DNA of 64,000 nucleotides from an uncultured Candidatus Saccharibacteria bacterium. GTDB lineage: Bacteria > Patescibacteriota > Saccharimonadia > Saccharimonadales > Saccharimonadaceae. Position 1 is the first letter of the stretch, and each line of letters opens with the position of its first letter. The notes under the pieces are model-generated. The model was not told the DNA's origin and searched no databases. It saw only the letters and a list, made by a program, of their open reading frames with translations. A program made the position numbers and the translations under genes. Positions 1-11,050 of this stretch are shown one piece after another. The stretch lies in the NCBI GenBank assembly GCA_946997535.1, contig CAMPVQ010000001.1, positions 53,131 through 117,130 on the forward strand, given 5' to 3'.

Positions 1-282
1 CTCAGTAGTTACTAACTCCAAAACAGCATCACCCAAAAACTCTAGTCGCTCATTATGAGCGCGCGCTAGCTTACGGTGTTCATTCACATAGCTACGGTGA
101 GTTAAAGCAGTTACAATTAATGACGGATTATTAAATTCAAAGCCCAATGATTGTTGCGCCCAAGTCTGGTAAGGCGCAAAATCCACACCCTCAACTTCTG
201 GCACAATTGGCTCATCAGCTGGACGAGGCTCAAAGTCAGAAAAAACAGCGCGCTTCTGGCGAGTATTCTTAATCCTAGACAA
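1..282 (-). CDS. rnc: Ribonuclease III, N-terminal part; the gene continues past the window start
   Basis: Minus-strand translation gives ...[53 protein letters not shown], which contains the RNase III signature ERLEFLGDA. There is no ATG. The likely start is TTG at 282-280, preceded by AAGGGAG 8 nt upstream. Alternative GTG starts lie at 204 and 186. Confidence 0.75.
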   Translation of the reverse strand, partial: MSRIKNTRQKRAVFSDFEPRPADEPIVPEVEGVDFAPYQTWAQQSLGFEFNNPSLIVTALTHRSYVNEHRKLARAHNERLEFLGDAVLELVTTE

Positions 283-930
283 CTAAATTTCTCCCTTCTG
301 CTCTAGACGTCGATAGCCTAGTCGCATTAACTTAGCGATATCTTTATAGGCAATAATCTTCACCGCAGCATCATACGAGAACCAACGAATTCCGCTCATC
401 CAATCCTCTTTTTTAATGTCGTTAGTATCGCCCAACGCCTTAAACAGATAGATTTGCGTGCTCATTAGCACTAGTACATTGTCGCGACGATAGCGAAAAT
501 GAATTTTCCCTAACCAGCAAACTGGCTCTAACTGATGCACACCGGCCTCCTCGCCAATTTCGCGGATAGCCGTCTCTTGCGCAGTTTCACCTGCTTCAAT
601 ATGACCCTTGGGGATTGTCCAACGCTCAAATCGGTCAGCTACCAACAATATTTCTAGCCCAGTAGGGCCAAAACGATAAATCACACCGCCAGCCGTAGCC
701 TCACGAGATATCTCACTAATCGCTGGTCGATGCCGTTCATAGACAGCTCGTTTTAAGGACTCACTCGGCGTATCATCACGCGGCAGCAATGGCCTTACTG
801 GCACAACGGCTGGCTTAGATTTTGCTTGCTGCTTCTTAGACGCCATAATATGCGCCCGCACAGTAGCTAATTGTTCAATTCTAAGCTGATGCTGTCTTCG
901 AATCTTGTTCTTGTTGCTCGCCTTGCTCAT
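283..930 (-). CDS. NUDIX hydrolase with a basic N-terminal extension
   Basis: Nudix box GHIEAGETAQETAIREIGEEAGV. The ATG at 930 is preceded by GAAGGA 7 nt upstream. The gene overlaps the nusB 3' end. Confidence 0.8.
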   Translation of the reverse strand: MSKASNKNKIRRQHQLRIEQLATVRAHIMASKKQQAKSKPAVVPVRPLLPRDDTPSESLKRAVYERHRPAISEISREATAGGVIYRFGPTGLEILLVADRFERWTIPKGHIEAGETAQETAIREIGEEAGVHQLEPVCWLGKIHFRYRRDNVLVLMSTQIYLFKALGDTNDIKKEDWMSGIRWFSYDAAVKIIAYKDIAKLMRLGYRRLEQKGEI

Positions 931-1369
931 TTACATGTCCTTCGTTCATGTGGCGCCAGATTGTACCTAATACGCCATTAACAAAGCGAGAAGAGTTTTC
1001 CGCACCAAACGACTTGGCTAGCTCAATTGCCTCATTGATTGCAACTTTTGGCGGAATCTTACCATTAAATTCACTAAGCTCAAACACCGCCATACGTAAG
1101 ACGTCACGATCTACAATCGCAATTTGATTCAATGGCCAATCTGGTGCGACCGGTGCAATGATAGCATCAAGCTGACGCCCAGCTTTATTAACGCCCATCA
1201 CTAGCTGTCTCACAAATTCCTTATCATCAACACGATCTTCGTAACGCTTAAGATTGCGCGTCAAAATCTCATCAATCTTCGCCGTTTCATCACCTAAGCG
1301 TTCACGAAAATCATATTCATACAATGTCTGTAGTGCGATAATCCTACCTAAATGCCGATTACTTGCCAT
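881..1369 (-). CDS. nusB: Transcription antitermination factor NusB
   Basis: NusB-like N-terminus IIALQTLYEYDF and typical length. SD GAGGGGAG lies 5 nt before the ATG. Confidence 0.85.
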   Translation of the reverse strand: MASNRHLGRIIALQTLYEYDFRERLGDETAKIDEILTRNLKRYEDRVDDKEFVRQLVMGVNKAGRQLDAIIAPVAPDWPLNQIAIVDRDVLRMAVFELSEFNGKIPPKVAINEAIELAKSFGAENSSRFVNGVLGTIWRHMNEGHVNEQGEQQEQDSKTASA

Positions 1370-1419
1370 GGAAACTCCCCTCGTTTGTTTTAATGTTTAG
1401 TCCAAATATTGTCTATTAA

Positions 1420-1563
1420 TTAATGCTTGCTACCAGTGTCATGTTTGGTAGTATAAGCCTTTACTGGTGACTTTGCGTTCACGGCACGCGCTAGCTTTAA
1501 TACTAGCTGGCTACGACGATTACCAGTACGACGTGGACTTGTTTGCTTCTTTGGTTTACCCAT
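1420..1563 (-). CDS. rpmF: Small basic protein (47 aa), possibly ribosomal protein bL32
   Basis: Not in the ORF track because it is under 60 aa. MGKPKKQTSPRRTGNRRSQLVLKLARAVNAKSPVKAYTTKHDTGSKH. SD AAGGAG lies about 10 nt upstream. The N-terminus resembles bL32 (MAVPKKKTSKSRR..RRSH). It sits directly upstream of nusB in the same orientation. Confidence 0.35.
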   Translation of the reverse strand: MGKPKKQTSPRRTGNRRSQLVLKLARAVNAKSPVKAYTTKHDTGSKH

Positions 1564-1638
1564 TTAAATTATTCTCCTTCTTTAATTACACTTACTACCA
1601 TAGTAACACTTTTGGGTTATAAACGCAAATCTTTACGC

Positions 1639-1667
1639 TTGACATATATAAGCGTTTATGTTAATAT
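1639..1667 (+). promoter_or_regulatory. Sigma70-like promoter TTGACA-17-TAATAT for the LysM gene; the transcript is probably leaderless
   Basis: -35 TTGACA at 1639-1644 and -10 TAATAT at 1662-1667. The ATG at 1674 lies 6 nt after the -10. Confidence 0.5.
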
Positions 1668-1673
1668 ATAGGT

Positions 1674-2153
1674 ATGATTAGCGAATATAGTCATCAAAAC
1701 AAAAACCACAATACAGCAATCGAATCTGATCAACAATATTATCGAAGGAATGCTATTGGTACACTAGCTACAGTTGTTGCGATATGCGGGCTAAGTACTG
1801 TGATTGGCGGTTTGACACATCACGACGCACCACTTCCAAAAGAACCAACCCCTACTAAAGAAAGGGTCTTATCTTATAAGGAGCTCGGCGCAAACCATAC
1901 CATAGAATACACTGTACGCTACGGCGACACATTGTCCGAACTGGCAGACGATTTGCAGCATGACAATGTCAATTTGCAGGACAATAGTAATTCCCAAATT
2001 GTAGGCTCAATTATCAAGGCTAACAATCTAGACGGCTTCGTTGTTGATACTAAAATAAAATTGCCGGACGACGATGGCATCAACGACCCGCAGTCATATG
2101 TCAATAATCACGTGCTGCCGACCGACATTAGATTGCAGAACAGCGACAAATAA
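1674..2153 (+). CDS. LysM domain-containing membrane-anchored protein
   Basis: One TM helix (LATVVAICGLSTVIGGL) followed by a LysM-like motif YTVRYGDTLSELADDL. Confidence 0.6.
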   Translation: MISEYSHQNKNHNTAIESDQQYYRRNAIGTLATVVAICGLSTVIGGLTHHDAPLPKEPTPTKERVLSYKELGANHTIEYTVRYGDTLSELADDLQHDNVNLQDNSNSQIVGSIIKANNLDGFVVDTKIKLPDDDGINDPQSYVNNHVLPTDIRLQNSDK

Positions 2154-2225
2154 AATTACCATACTAAAATAGCCAAAACTACGAGTAGTGTCTATAACAT
2201 CCCGTACTTTGGCTATTTAAATTAG

Positions 2226-4667
2226 CTATTTTTTAACTACAATATTGACAATCTTGCCTGGCACATAGATTATTTTTGCTGGCTCTTGTTCGCCAACAAA
2301 CCGTACTACATTTTCGATTGATCGCGCCGCCACCTCAACTTGTTCCTTGGTTGCAGTCTTGTCGATAGTTAAATCACCACGTAGCTTGCCATTAACCTGA
2401 ACCGCGATATGCATTGTGTCATCTGCAAGATATTTTTCATCCCAACGCGGCCAATCCATCTGCTCAAGGCGCGCCTTGTCACCATATAGTTCAGTTAGCA
2501 TTTCACTAGCTACATGAGGTGCAAACGGCGATAGTAATTGGCACAAAACTGTCAAGGAATCCAACCAGTATTGGTCATCAAACCCGTTATCACGCAATTT
2601 ACTTAAACCATTTAAGTACTCCATAATGGCTGCCACGGCCGTGTTAAATTGCGCATTTGTAATATCTTCCGTAACTTTCTTAGCGGCTGCATGGCGCAAA
2701 CGCAATACTTCAAATGCATTTTTATCGTTTAAGGTAGCTTTATCAGCACCAACGTACTCTTGCACTAAATTCCAAACACGATTGATAAATCGGTATACTC
2801 CACCAATTGAAGTAGTACTCCAGGCAGCGTCCAAATTGTATGGCCCAATAAACATCTCATATGTACGCAATGTATCGGCACCATATCCACTATCAATAAC
2901 ATCAAGTGGGTCAATTACATTCCCCTTACTCTTACTCATCTTGCAGCCATCCGGCGCATTAATGTACCCATTGTAGAGCAATCGCTTAACCGGCTCACGG
3001 AAGTTAACCCAACCCTGATCGGCAAAGAACTTGGTCCAGAAGCGAACATACAAAAGATGCGCCACGGCATGGTCGCCACCGACATAAAAGTCTAGCGGAC
3101 ACCAATAATTCACCTTATCTGGCGACCAAGCCTGAGTATCATTATTGGCATCACAATAACGCAATAAATACCAAGACGAACAGGCGTAGCCATCCATTGT
3201 GTCAGTTTCACGCTTAGCTGGCGCACCGCACTGCGGACAAACCGTATTAACCCATGCAGCTTCATTAGCAAGTGGCGACTGACCATCACCACTTGGTGCA
3301 ATACTATCTACCTCTGGTAATAATACAGGTAGATCTTTCTCTGGCACCGCAACATCACCACAATCCGGACAATGAATAATTGGAATCGGACAGCCCCAAT
3401 AACGCTGACGTGAAATCAACCAGTCACGCATTTTATACGTGGTCTTACTGTGCCCCAAGCCATTTTGTTCAAGCCAAGCCACAATTTCTTCACGCGCTTC
3501 AGAAGTTACTCTGCCATCAAAATCACCACTATTAATTAAAGTACCCTCTCCAGAGTAACATTCATCTGGATTTACATCAGCACTATCTACTACTTGGCGA
3601 ATTGGCAAACTAAACTTTTCGGCAAACTCATGATCACGATCGTCATGCGCTGGCACTGCCATTACAGCACCAGTGCCGTAACCCGACAAAACATAATCTG
3701 CAACCCAAATTGGTACGCGTTCACCAGTCGCAGGGTTGATGGCATAAGCACCAGTAAACACGCCAGTTTTTTCTTTATTCTCCTGGCGCTCGATTTCGCT
3801 CTTTTTAAGTGCAGATTTAACATACTCTTTAACTTGCTCGCGCTGACTATTAGTCACAATCTGGTCAACCAGTTCGTTTTCAGGTGCTAGTACCACGAAA
3901 GTCGCACCGAATAATGTATCTGGTCGTGTAGTAAATACAGTAATTTTATTATCACTGCCATCAATCTTAAACTCGACTTCAGCACCTTTACTACGGCCAA
4001 TCCAATTGTGCTGCATGCGCTTAATTTTTTCTGGCCAATCGATATCATCTAAGCCATCCAATAGCTCGTCAGCATACGCTGTAATCTTAAAGAACCACTG
4101 GCTCATCTTCTTTTTCTCTACTTCGTGATGACAGCGCCAACATTTACCGCCTTCTACCTGTTCGTTAGCCAGCACAGTCTTATCTACTGGGCACCACCAC
4201 TGATAACTCTCCGACTGATACGCCAAACCGTGCTTAAATAATTGCGTAAACACCCATTGCGTCCAATGGTAATACTTTGGGTCTGATGTATTAATTTCAC
4301 GCGTCCAGTCGACCGCCATACCAAGCCGGTGGTATTGCTTTTTAAAATTAGCAATATTAGTGGCCGTCACATCCTTCGGCGAAACATGCATTTTCAAAGC
4401 ATAGTTTTCTGCCGGCAAGCCAAATGTATCCCAACCAATTGGACGCAGCACATTAAATCCCTGCTGACGATAGAACCGAGCAAGCACATCAACAATCGTA
4501 AAATTACGTACGTGCCCCACATGCAAACCGGCGCCTGAAGGATATGGGAACATTTCCGCCACATACAGCTTATTCTTATCACTGTTATCAACAGCGGCAA
4601 ATGGCTTTTCCTTAAGCCAAATATCCTGCCACTTAGCTTCAATCTTTACCGGTTCGTATCGTTTCAT
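2226..4667 (-). CDS. leuS: Leucine--tRNA ligase
   Basis: HIGH-type motif PYPSGAGLHVGHVRNF and KMSKS motif KMSKSKGN; 813 aa. Confidence 0.95.
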   Translation of the reverse strand: MKRYEPVKIEAKWQDIWLKEKPFAAVDNSDKNKLYVAEMFPYPSGAGLHVGHVRNFTIVDVLARFYRQQGFNVLRPIGWDTFGLPAENYALKMHVSPKDVTATNIANFKKQYHRLGMAVDWTREINTSDPKYYHWTQWVFTQLFKHGLAYQSESYQWWCPVDKTVLANEQVEGGKCWRCHHEVEKKKMSQWFFKITAYADELLDGLDDIDWPEKIKRMQHNWIGRSKGAEVEFKIDGSDNKITVFTTRPDTLFGATFVVLAPENELVDQIVTNSQREQVKEYVKSALKKSEIERQENKEKTGVFTGAYAINPATGERVPIWVADYVLSGYGTGAVMAVPAHDDRDHEFAEKFSLPIRQVVDSADVNPDECYSGEGTLINSGDFDGRVTSEAREEIVAWLEQNGLGHSKTTYKMRDWLISRQRYWGCPIPIIHCPDCGDVAVPEKDLPVLLPEVDSIAPSGDGQSPLANEAAWVNTVCPQCGAPAKRETDTMDGYACSSWYLLRYCDANNDTQAWSPDKVNYWCPLDFYVGGDHAVAHLLYVRFWTKFFADQGWVNFREPVKRLLYNGYINAPDGCKMSKSKGNVIDPLDVIDSGYGADTLRTYEMFIGPYNLDAAWSTTSIGGVYRFINRVWNLVQEYVGADKATLNDKNAFEVLRLRHAAAKKVTEDITNAQFNTAVAAIMEYLNGLSKLRDNGFDDQYWLDSLTVLCQLLSPFAPHVASEMLTELYGDKARLEQMDWPRWDEKYLADDTMHIAVQVNGKLRGDLTIDKTATKEQVEVAARSIENVVRFVGEQEPAKIIYVPGKIVNIVVKK

Positions 4668-4691
4668 GATACTATTTTAGCACACTGACAA

Positions 4692-5990
4692 CTATTCATT
4701 GCCATTGTACGTAACATTGCGAATGTGTTCAAACCAAAGGCGCTTCTTATACATCCAGTCATCATCTTGGCGCACCAATTTGGTCGAATCAGCCGGATCG
4801 TCTAATAACATTTTTGTCGTCTCCTCTGTAAAAATACCATTCTGCGACCCTTTAATTAATATAGCAGCATGAGGTTCCATATGCTGACTTACAAATGTAC
4901 CAGCCATAATTGCTCCAGGGAACTTAAATACCTGACAACCGCGCTTCTGCGCTGCCGGTGCTAAATAGCGCGCTGCTTCATCGCCAACCGTAATAACCAT
5001 ATCTAATTTTTTCGGATCACAAGCCATACCTACTTGACTGTGCGCCATTGGCGACATATTGCCAAGTTCATTCATCGAGCCAAGTACTGCTATACGCTGC
5101 GGTGCCTCAATCTGATATAACGTATTCAAAGCAGCTATAGCTGCAATTGGAGATGAATTATATGTATCATCAAGCAATATCGTATCCTTACGGCCATGAA
5201 GTGGATTCATCCTACCAGACACGGGAACCAAATTACTTAGTCCAGCCTGAATTTCATCATGTGTCATATTAAGCTGCATTGCAACCGCAGCGGCGGCAAC
5301 GGCAGCGCCCATATTATACTCACCAACATATTTAACATTAGCTGCCACGCCACTAATGTCTACATCATACCCAGACAGAGGGTTGCCGCTAATTTTACGA
5401 AAATGATATTGCCCTTCATTAACACCATAAGTTAAAATATTTGGATTTTGCGTCAATTGCCAATAATCATGCGATACAGCGTCTTGATTAATCAATACTG
5501 ACTTAGAAAATTTTCCAACCGATAATTCTTCGCGCGCTACATCATTCAACCCACCGGGGAAATTCTCCATATGCTCTTCAGCTACAGCTGTCACCACGGC
5601 AATATCTGCATGTAAATAATTACCAAACGCCGCAATATCGCCCGGCTTATCTGTTGCTAGTTCTTGGACGATTACGTCAATAGTAGATTTTGCCTTAATT
5701 ACATTGCGCATAGCCTTAAACACGCGCATCCAAGCCGTAACGGTCTTTAGTTCTGCTGGCTTTGGATATTTTACGCCTAATAAAGTCGTCGGCACTGACA
5801 TTTCACTATTTAAATTCGTCGGCTCCATACGAACTTTAAATCGCTGTGCCAACACTGTAGCAATTGCGTTCTTAGTAGTTGTCTTTCCCACTGCGCCAAC
5901 CACTACAACCAATATTGGATGATGCCGCTTAAAATATTTCACTACATATTTCTCAAGACGACGCCTGACATACTGCTTAAAATCAAACAT
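4692..5990 (-). CDS. murF: Mur ligase family protein, MurF-like (UDP-MurNAc-peptide D-Ala-D-Ala adding enzyme type) without an N-terminal substrate domain
   Basis: P-loop GAVGKTTTK at residues 33-41, DDTYNSSP motif (MurF-type DDSYNANP) and a Mur ligase C-terminal domain. Confidence 0.6.
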   Translation of the reverse strand: MFDFKQYVRRRLEKYVVKYFKRHHPILVVVVGAVGKTTTKNAIATVLAQRFKVRMEPTNLNSEMSVPTTLLGVKYPKPAELKTVTAWMRVFKAMRNVIKAKSTIDVIVQELATDKPGDIAAFGNYLHADIAVVTAVAEEHMENFPGGLNDVAREELSVGKFSKSVLINQDAVSHDYWQLTQNPNILTYGVNEGQYHFRKISGNPLSGYDVDISGVAANVKYVGEYNMGAAVAAAAVAMQLNMTHDEIQAGLSNLVPVSGRMNPLHGRKDTILLDDTYNSSPIAAIAALNTLYQIEAPQRIAVLGSMNELGNMSPMAHSQVGMACDPKKLDMVITVGDEAARYLAPAAQKRGCQVFKFPGAIMAGTFVSQHMEPHAAILIKGSQNGIFTEETTKMLLDDPADSTKLVRQDDDWMYKKRLWFEHIRNVTYNGNE

Positions 5991-5997
5991 AACCTTA

Positions 5998-8367
5998 TTA
6001 TACCACGACGCGCTTTGACCTAGTCAACCACGCTATTACAGATATCATATAGACACCAACAAATAAACCGATACATAATGGAATAACCAGATCACAGCTA
6101 AATTTATACTGCAAAACATCATTTAGCCGCGGCAATAATAGTACGAGCGCAAATAGCCCAGCACACATAGCAATCAAACCAGCCTTCCATAACTTCATTG
6201 GCTGAGCCAGAATAATCAACACTAGTACTCCAAGTCCCATCATCACAATCGAAACCGCCGTACTAAAATAGTCTACGTCTAACGCTGGATACGCCCTAGC
6301 TAACTTATAAGTTAGCACCATAGCTATTGCGCTAACTACGCCCACTGGAATAGCAAATTTCAAGACACGCTTCATAAACCCTTTAATGTATACCTTATTA
6401 TTTGGCGCTAAGGCCAAGAAAAACGCCGGCATACCAATACTTAAAACAGAAATTACTGTCATATGTTTTGGCATTAATGGGTACGGCTCGCGCAAAAATG
6501 TAAACAACAACGCTAATACCAAAGAATACACATTCTTAATAATAAATAAATTAGCTACCCGCTCAATATTAGCAATCACGCGACGCCCCTCAGACAACAC
6601 TAGTGGCAAATGAGCAAAATCACTATCAAGCAGCACCAACTCCGCTACTGCCTTAGTCGCCGTAGCGCCACTATTCATTGCCACCCCCAGATCAGCTTGC
6701 TTTAAAGCTAACGCATCGTTAACACCATCACCAGTCATAGCTACTACTTGACCAGAATCTTGCAAAGCGCAACAAATCTGCCGCTTTTGCTCTGGCTGCA
6801 CACGTCCAAATACATTATATTGCTTAATTAGCTTCATAAATTCTTCACGTTGGATATCGCCCATATCTGGGTCTGGCAATCTTCTGGCATCGAATGTCTT
6901 GGCGTCTAGACCAACTGATTTCGCTACAGCGCCAACTGTCACTGGCGAATCACCAGATATTACTTTAATATCAACACCCTGACTTGCAAAATAGTTTAAT
7001 GTCTTCTTGGCACTCGGCCGAATTTGTTCACTTAGCACCACCAATGCTAACGGTTTAATGCGCCTAAAATTAACCCCTGCTGCACGTGGAATCAAGTCAC
7101 TCTTCACCAACGCCAACACACGTTTACCTTCAGCCGCCACTTCTTGCGCCCGCTTTAACACATCCGGATACTCCGCCAGTACAATTTCTGGAGCACCCAT
7201 TATATAGTTAATTTTATCAATTTGCATAGCACTCCATTTACGCGCACTACTAAACGCCACCTCGTATGTAAATTCAGCTGGCTTAATCCTCAGCCCCGCT
7301 ACTAATGCATCATTCGTCGGCGAGCTGGCGCGACTAGCAATAGTCTTTATAACGCGCTTCACCGTATCAGCATCTGCTTTAGTAATTAATTCAATATCCG
7401 TCAATTTCATAGCGCCCATCGTAATAGTACCTGTTTTATCTAGTAATATCGTATTAACTCTAGCTAGAGTTTCAACTGCTGGCATCTGCTGGACAAGAGC
7501 GCGATTGCGCACCAGCTTAACAGCCGCAAGCATAAATGCTGTACTAGTCAATAGCACCAGCCCCTCAGGAATCATACCAACAATCGGTGTAATAATCCGC
7601 ATTACGCCATCACCAGATATACTATCTAGCACTGCTCTAATACTAGAATGATCAATCGTTAAATCTCGACGAATAAATATTCCTACAATCAAAATTGGCA
7701 CTACCGCCACCAAACTCCAAGAAATCCATTTTAAAAGTTGGTTCGTACTATCGACTATTTCTGATTTTGCCGTCTTATACTGACGCGCGTTGCGCGTCAA
7801 ATTAGCCGAGTAAGATTCTTGACCTACCTTAGTTGCCTTAATGTAGCCAGAACCGGCTACCACCATCGAACCTGACATAACCTTTGACTTAGCATTTTTT
7901 ACTACTGGGTCAGATTCGCCAGTTAACAAACTTTCATTAATCTCTAAATCACTAGAAGATAATACTACACCATCTACCGGTACCTGGTCGCCTAAACTTA
8001 ATTTAATTACATCATCAACCACAATGTCACTCGACGCTATGACTTGTTCATTGCCATCGCGAACCACTATGGATTGCGGCTTTACTAGAATTGCCGCTTT
8101 ATCTAAAATCTTTTTGGCACGCCACTCTTGAGCTACCCCGATCACGGCATTTACAATTAGTACACAAAAAAATAACGCATTAACAATACCACCACCAGCC
8201 AACAGCACTACAATCGCTAACGCAGTAATTAAAAAATTAAACCGCGTAAAAATATTAGCCTTGATGATGTCACCTAAAGACCGTGATGAACACTGGTCGA
8301 CGACGTTACTCCGGCCAGACTCCATACGTGACTTAACTTCAGCAGCGCTTAATCCCTTATAATCCAT
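5998..8367 (-). CDS. Cation-transporting P-type ATPase (P2-type, Ca2+/Mg2+-like)
   Basis: Motifs TGES, DKTGTIT, PEGL and TGDGVNDALAL. No N-terminal metal-binding CxxC. Confidence 0.85.
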   Translation of the reverse strand: MDYKGLSAAEVKSRMESGRSNVVDQCSSRSLGDIIKANIFTRFNFLITALAIVVLLAGGGIVNALFFCVLIVNAVIGVAQEWRAKKILDKAAILVKPQSIVVRDGNEQVIASSDIVVDDVIKLSLGDQVPVDGVVLSSSDLEINESLLTGESDPVVKNAKSKVMSGSMVVAGSGYIKATKVGQESYSANLTRNARQYKTAKSEIVDSTNQLLKWISWSLVAVVPILIVGIFIRRDLTIDHSSIRAVLDSISGDGVMRIITPIVGMIPEGLVLLTSTAFMLAAVKLVRNRALVQQMPAVETLARVNTILLDKTGTITMGAMKLTDIELITKADADTVKRVIKTIASRASSPTNDALVAGLRIKPAEFTYEVAFSSARKWSAMQIDKINYIMGAPEIVLAEYPDVLKRAQEVAAEGKRVLALVKSDLIPRAAGVNFRRIKPLALVVLSEQIRPSAKKTLNYFASQGVDIKVISGDSPVTVGAVAKSVGLDAKTFDARRLPDPDMGDIQREEFMKLIKQYNVFGRVQPEQKRQICCALQDSGQVVAMTGDGVNDALALKQADLGVAMNSGATATKAVAELVLLDSDFAHLPLVLSEGRRVIANIERVANLFIIKNVYSLVLALLFTFLREPYPLMPKHMTVISVLSIGMPAFFLALAPNNKVYIKGFMKRVLKFAIPVGVVSAIAMVLTYKLARAYPALDVDYFSTAVSIVMMGLGVLVLIILAQPMKLWKAGLIAMCAGLFALVLLLPRLNDVLQYKFSCDLVIPLCIGLFVGVYMISVIAWLTRSKRVVV

Positions 8368-8413
8368 ACCTTATAGATAATATTATACTATCAATACGCT
8401 TATCTTACAAAAT

Positions 8414-8431
8414 GCCCTCCAAATGGAGGGC
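8414..8431 (-). terminator. Hairpin gccctcc-aaat-ggagggc downstream of tRNA-Ala
   Basis: 7-bp GC stem lying between the tRNA-Ala 3' end and the ATPase start. Confidence 0.4.
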
Positions 8432-8439
8432 AATAATTT

Positions 8440-8516
8440 TGGTGGAGTAGATCGGACTTGAACCGACCACCTCAGCAATGCGAATGCTGCGCTCTAGCCA
8501 GATGAGCTACTACCCC
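8440..8516 (-). tRNA. tRNA-Ala (anticodon CGC), CCA encoded
   Basis: Cloverleaf folded by hand. G3:U70 Ala identity pair, anticodon loop TTCGCAT, T-loop TTCAAGT and 3' ACCA. Confidence 0.9.
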
Positions 8517-8550
8517 GTCGCAATTATTATACCACAACCATTGCTAAATT

Positions 8551-8584
8551 ATAAAAAATAAACCCACGCAGTTTACGTGGGTTT
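8551..8584 (-). terminator. Rho-independent terminator after ligA
   Basis: Minus strand reads acccacg-taaactg-cgtgggt followed by TTTATTTTTTAT. Confidence 0.7.
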
Positions 8585-8706
8585 ATAGCTGTTGCGTGCC
8601 CACCCAGGGGCTTTTACGTTTTTGTTTCTTGCGTTCAGACGAATTGCCCCGTCCTTACGCACCAGCTCTACCATTATATTAGCACAAGCCTAATAATTTA
8701 CCAAGT

Positions 8707-11049
<2,343 letters not shown>

Positions 11050-11050
<1 letters not shown>

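Noticed and set aside
2154-2225. Possible bidirectional terminator between the LysM gene and leuS (aaatagccaaa...tttggctattt).
   Set aside because: The 11-bp arms are separated by a loop of about 30 nt, and the hairpin is weak. I could not support it as a terminator, and it may just be AT-rich spacer.
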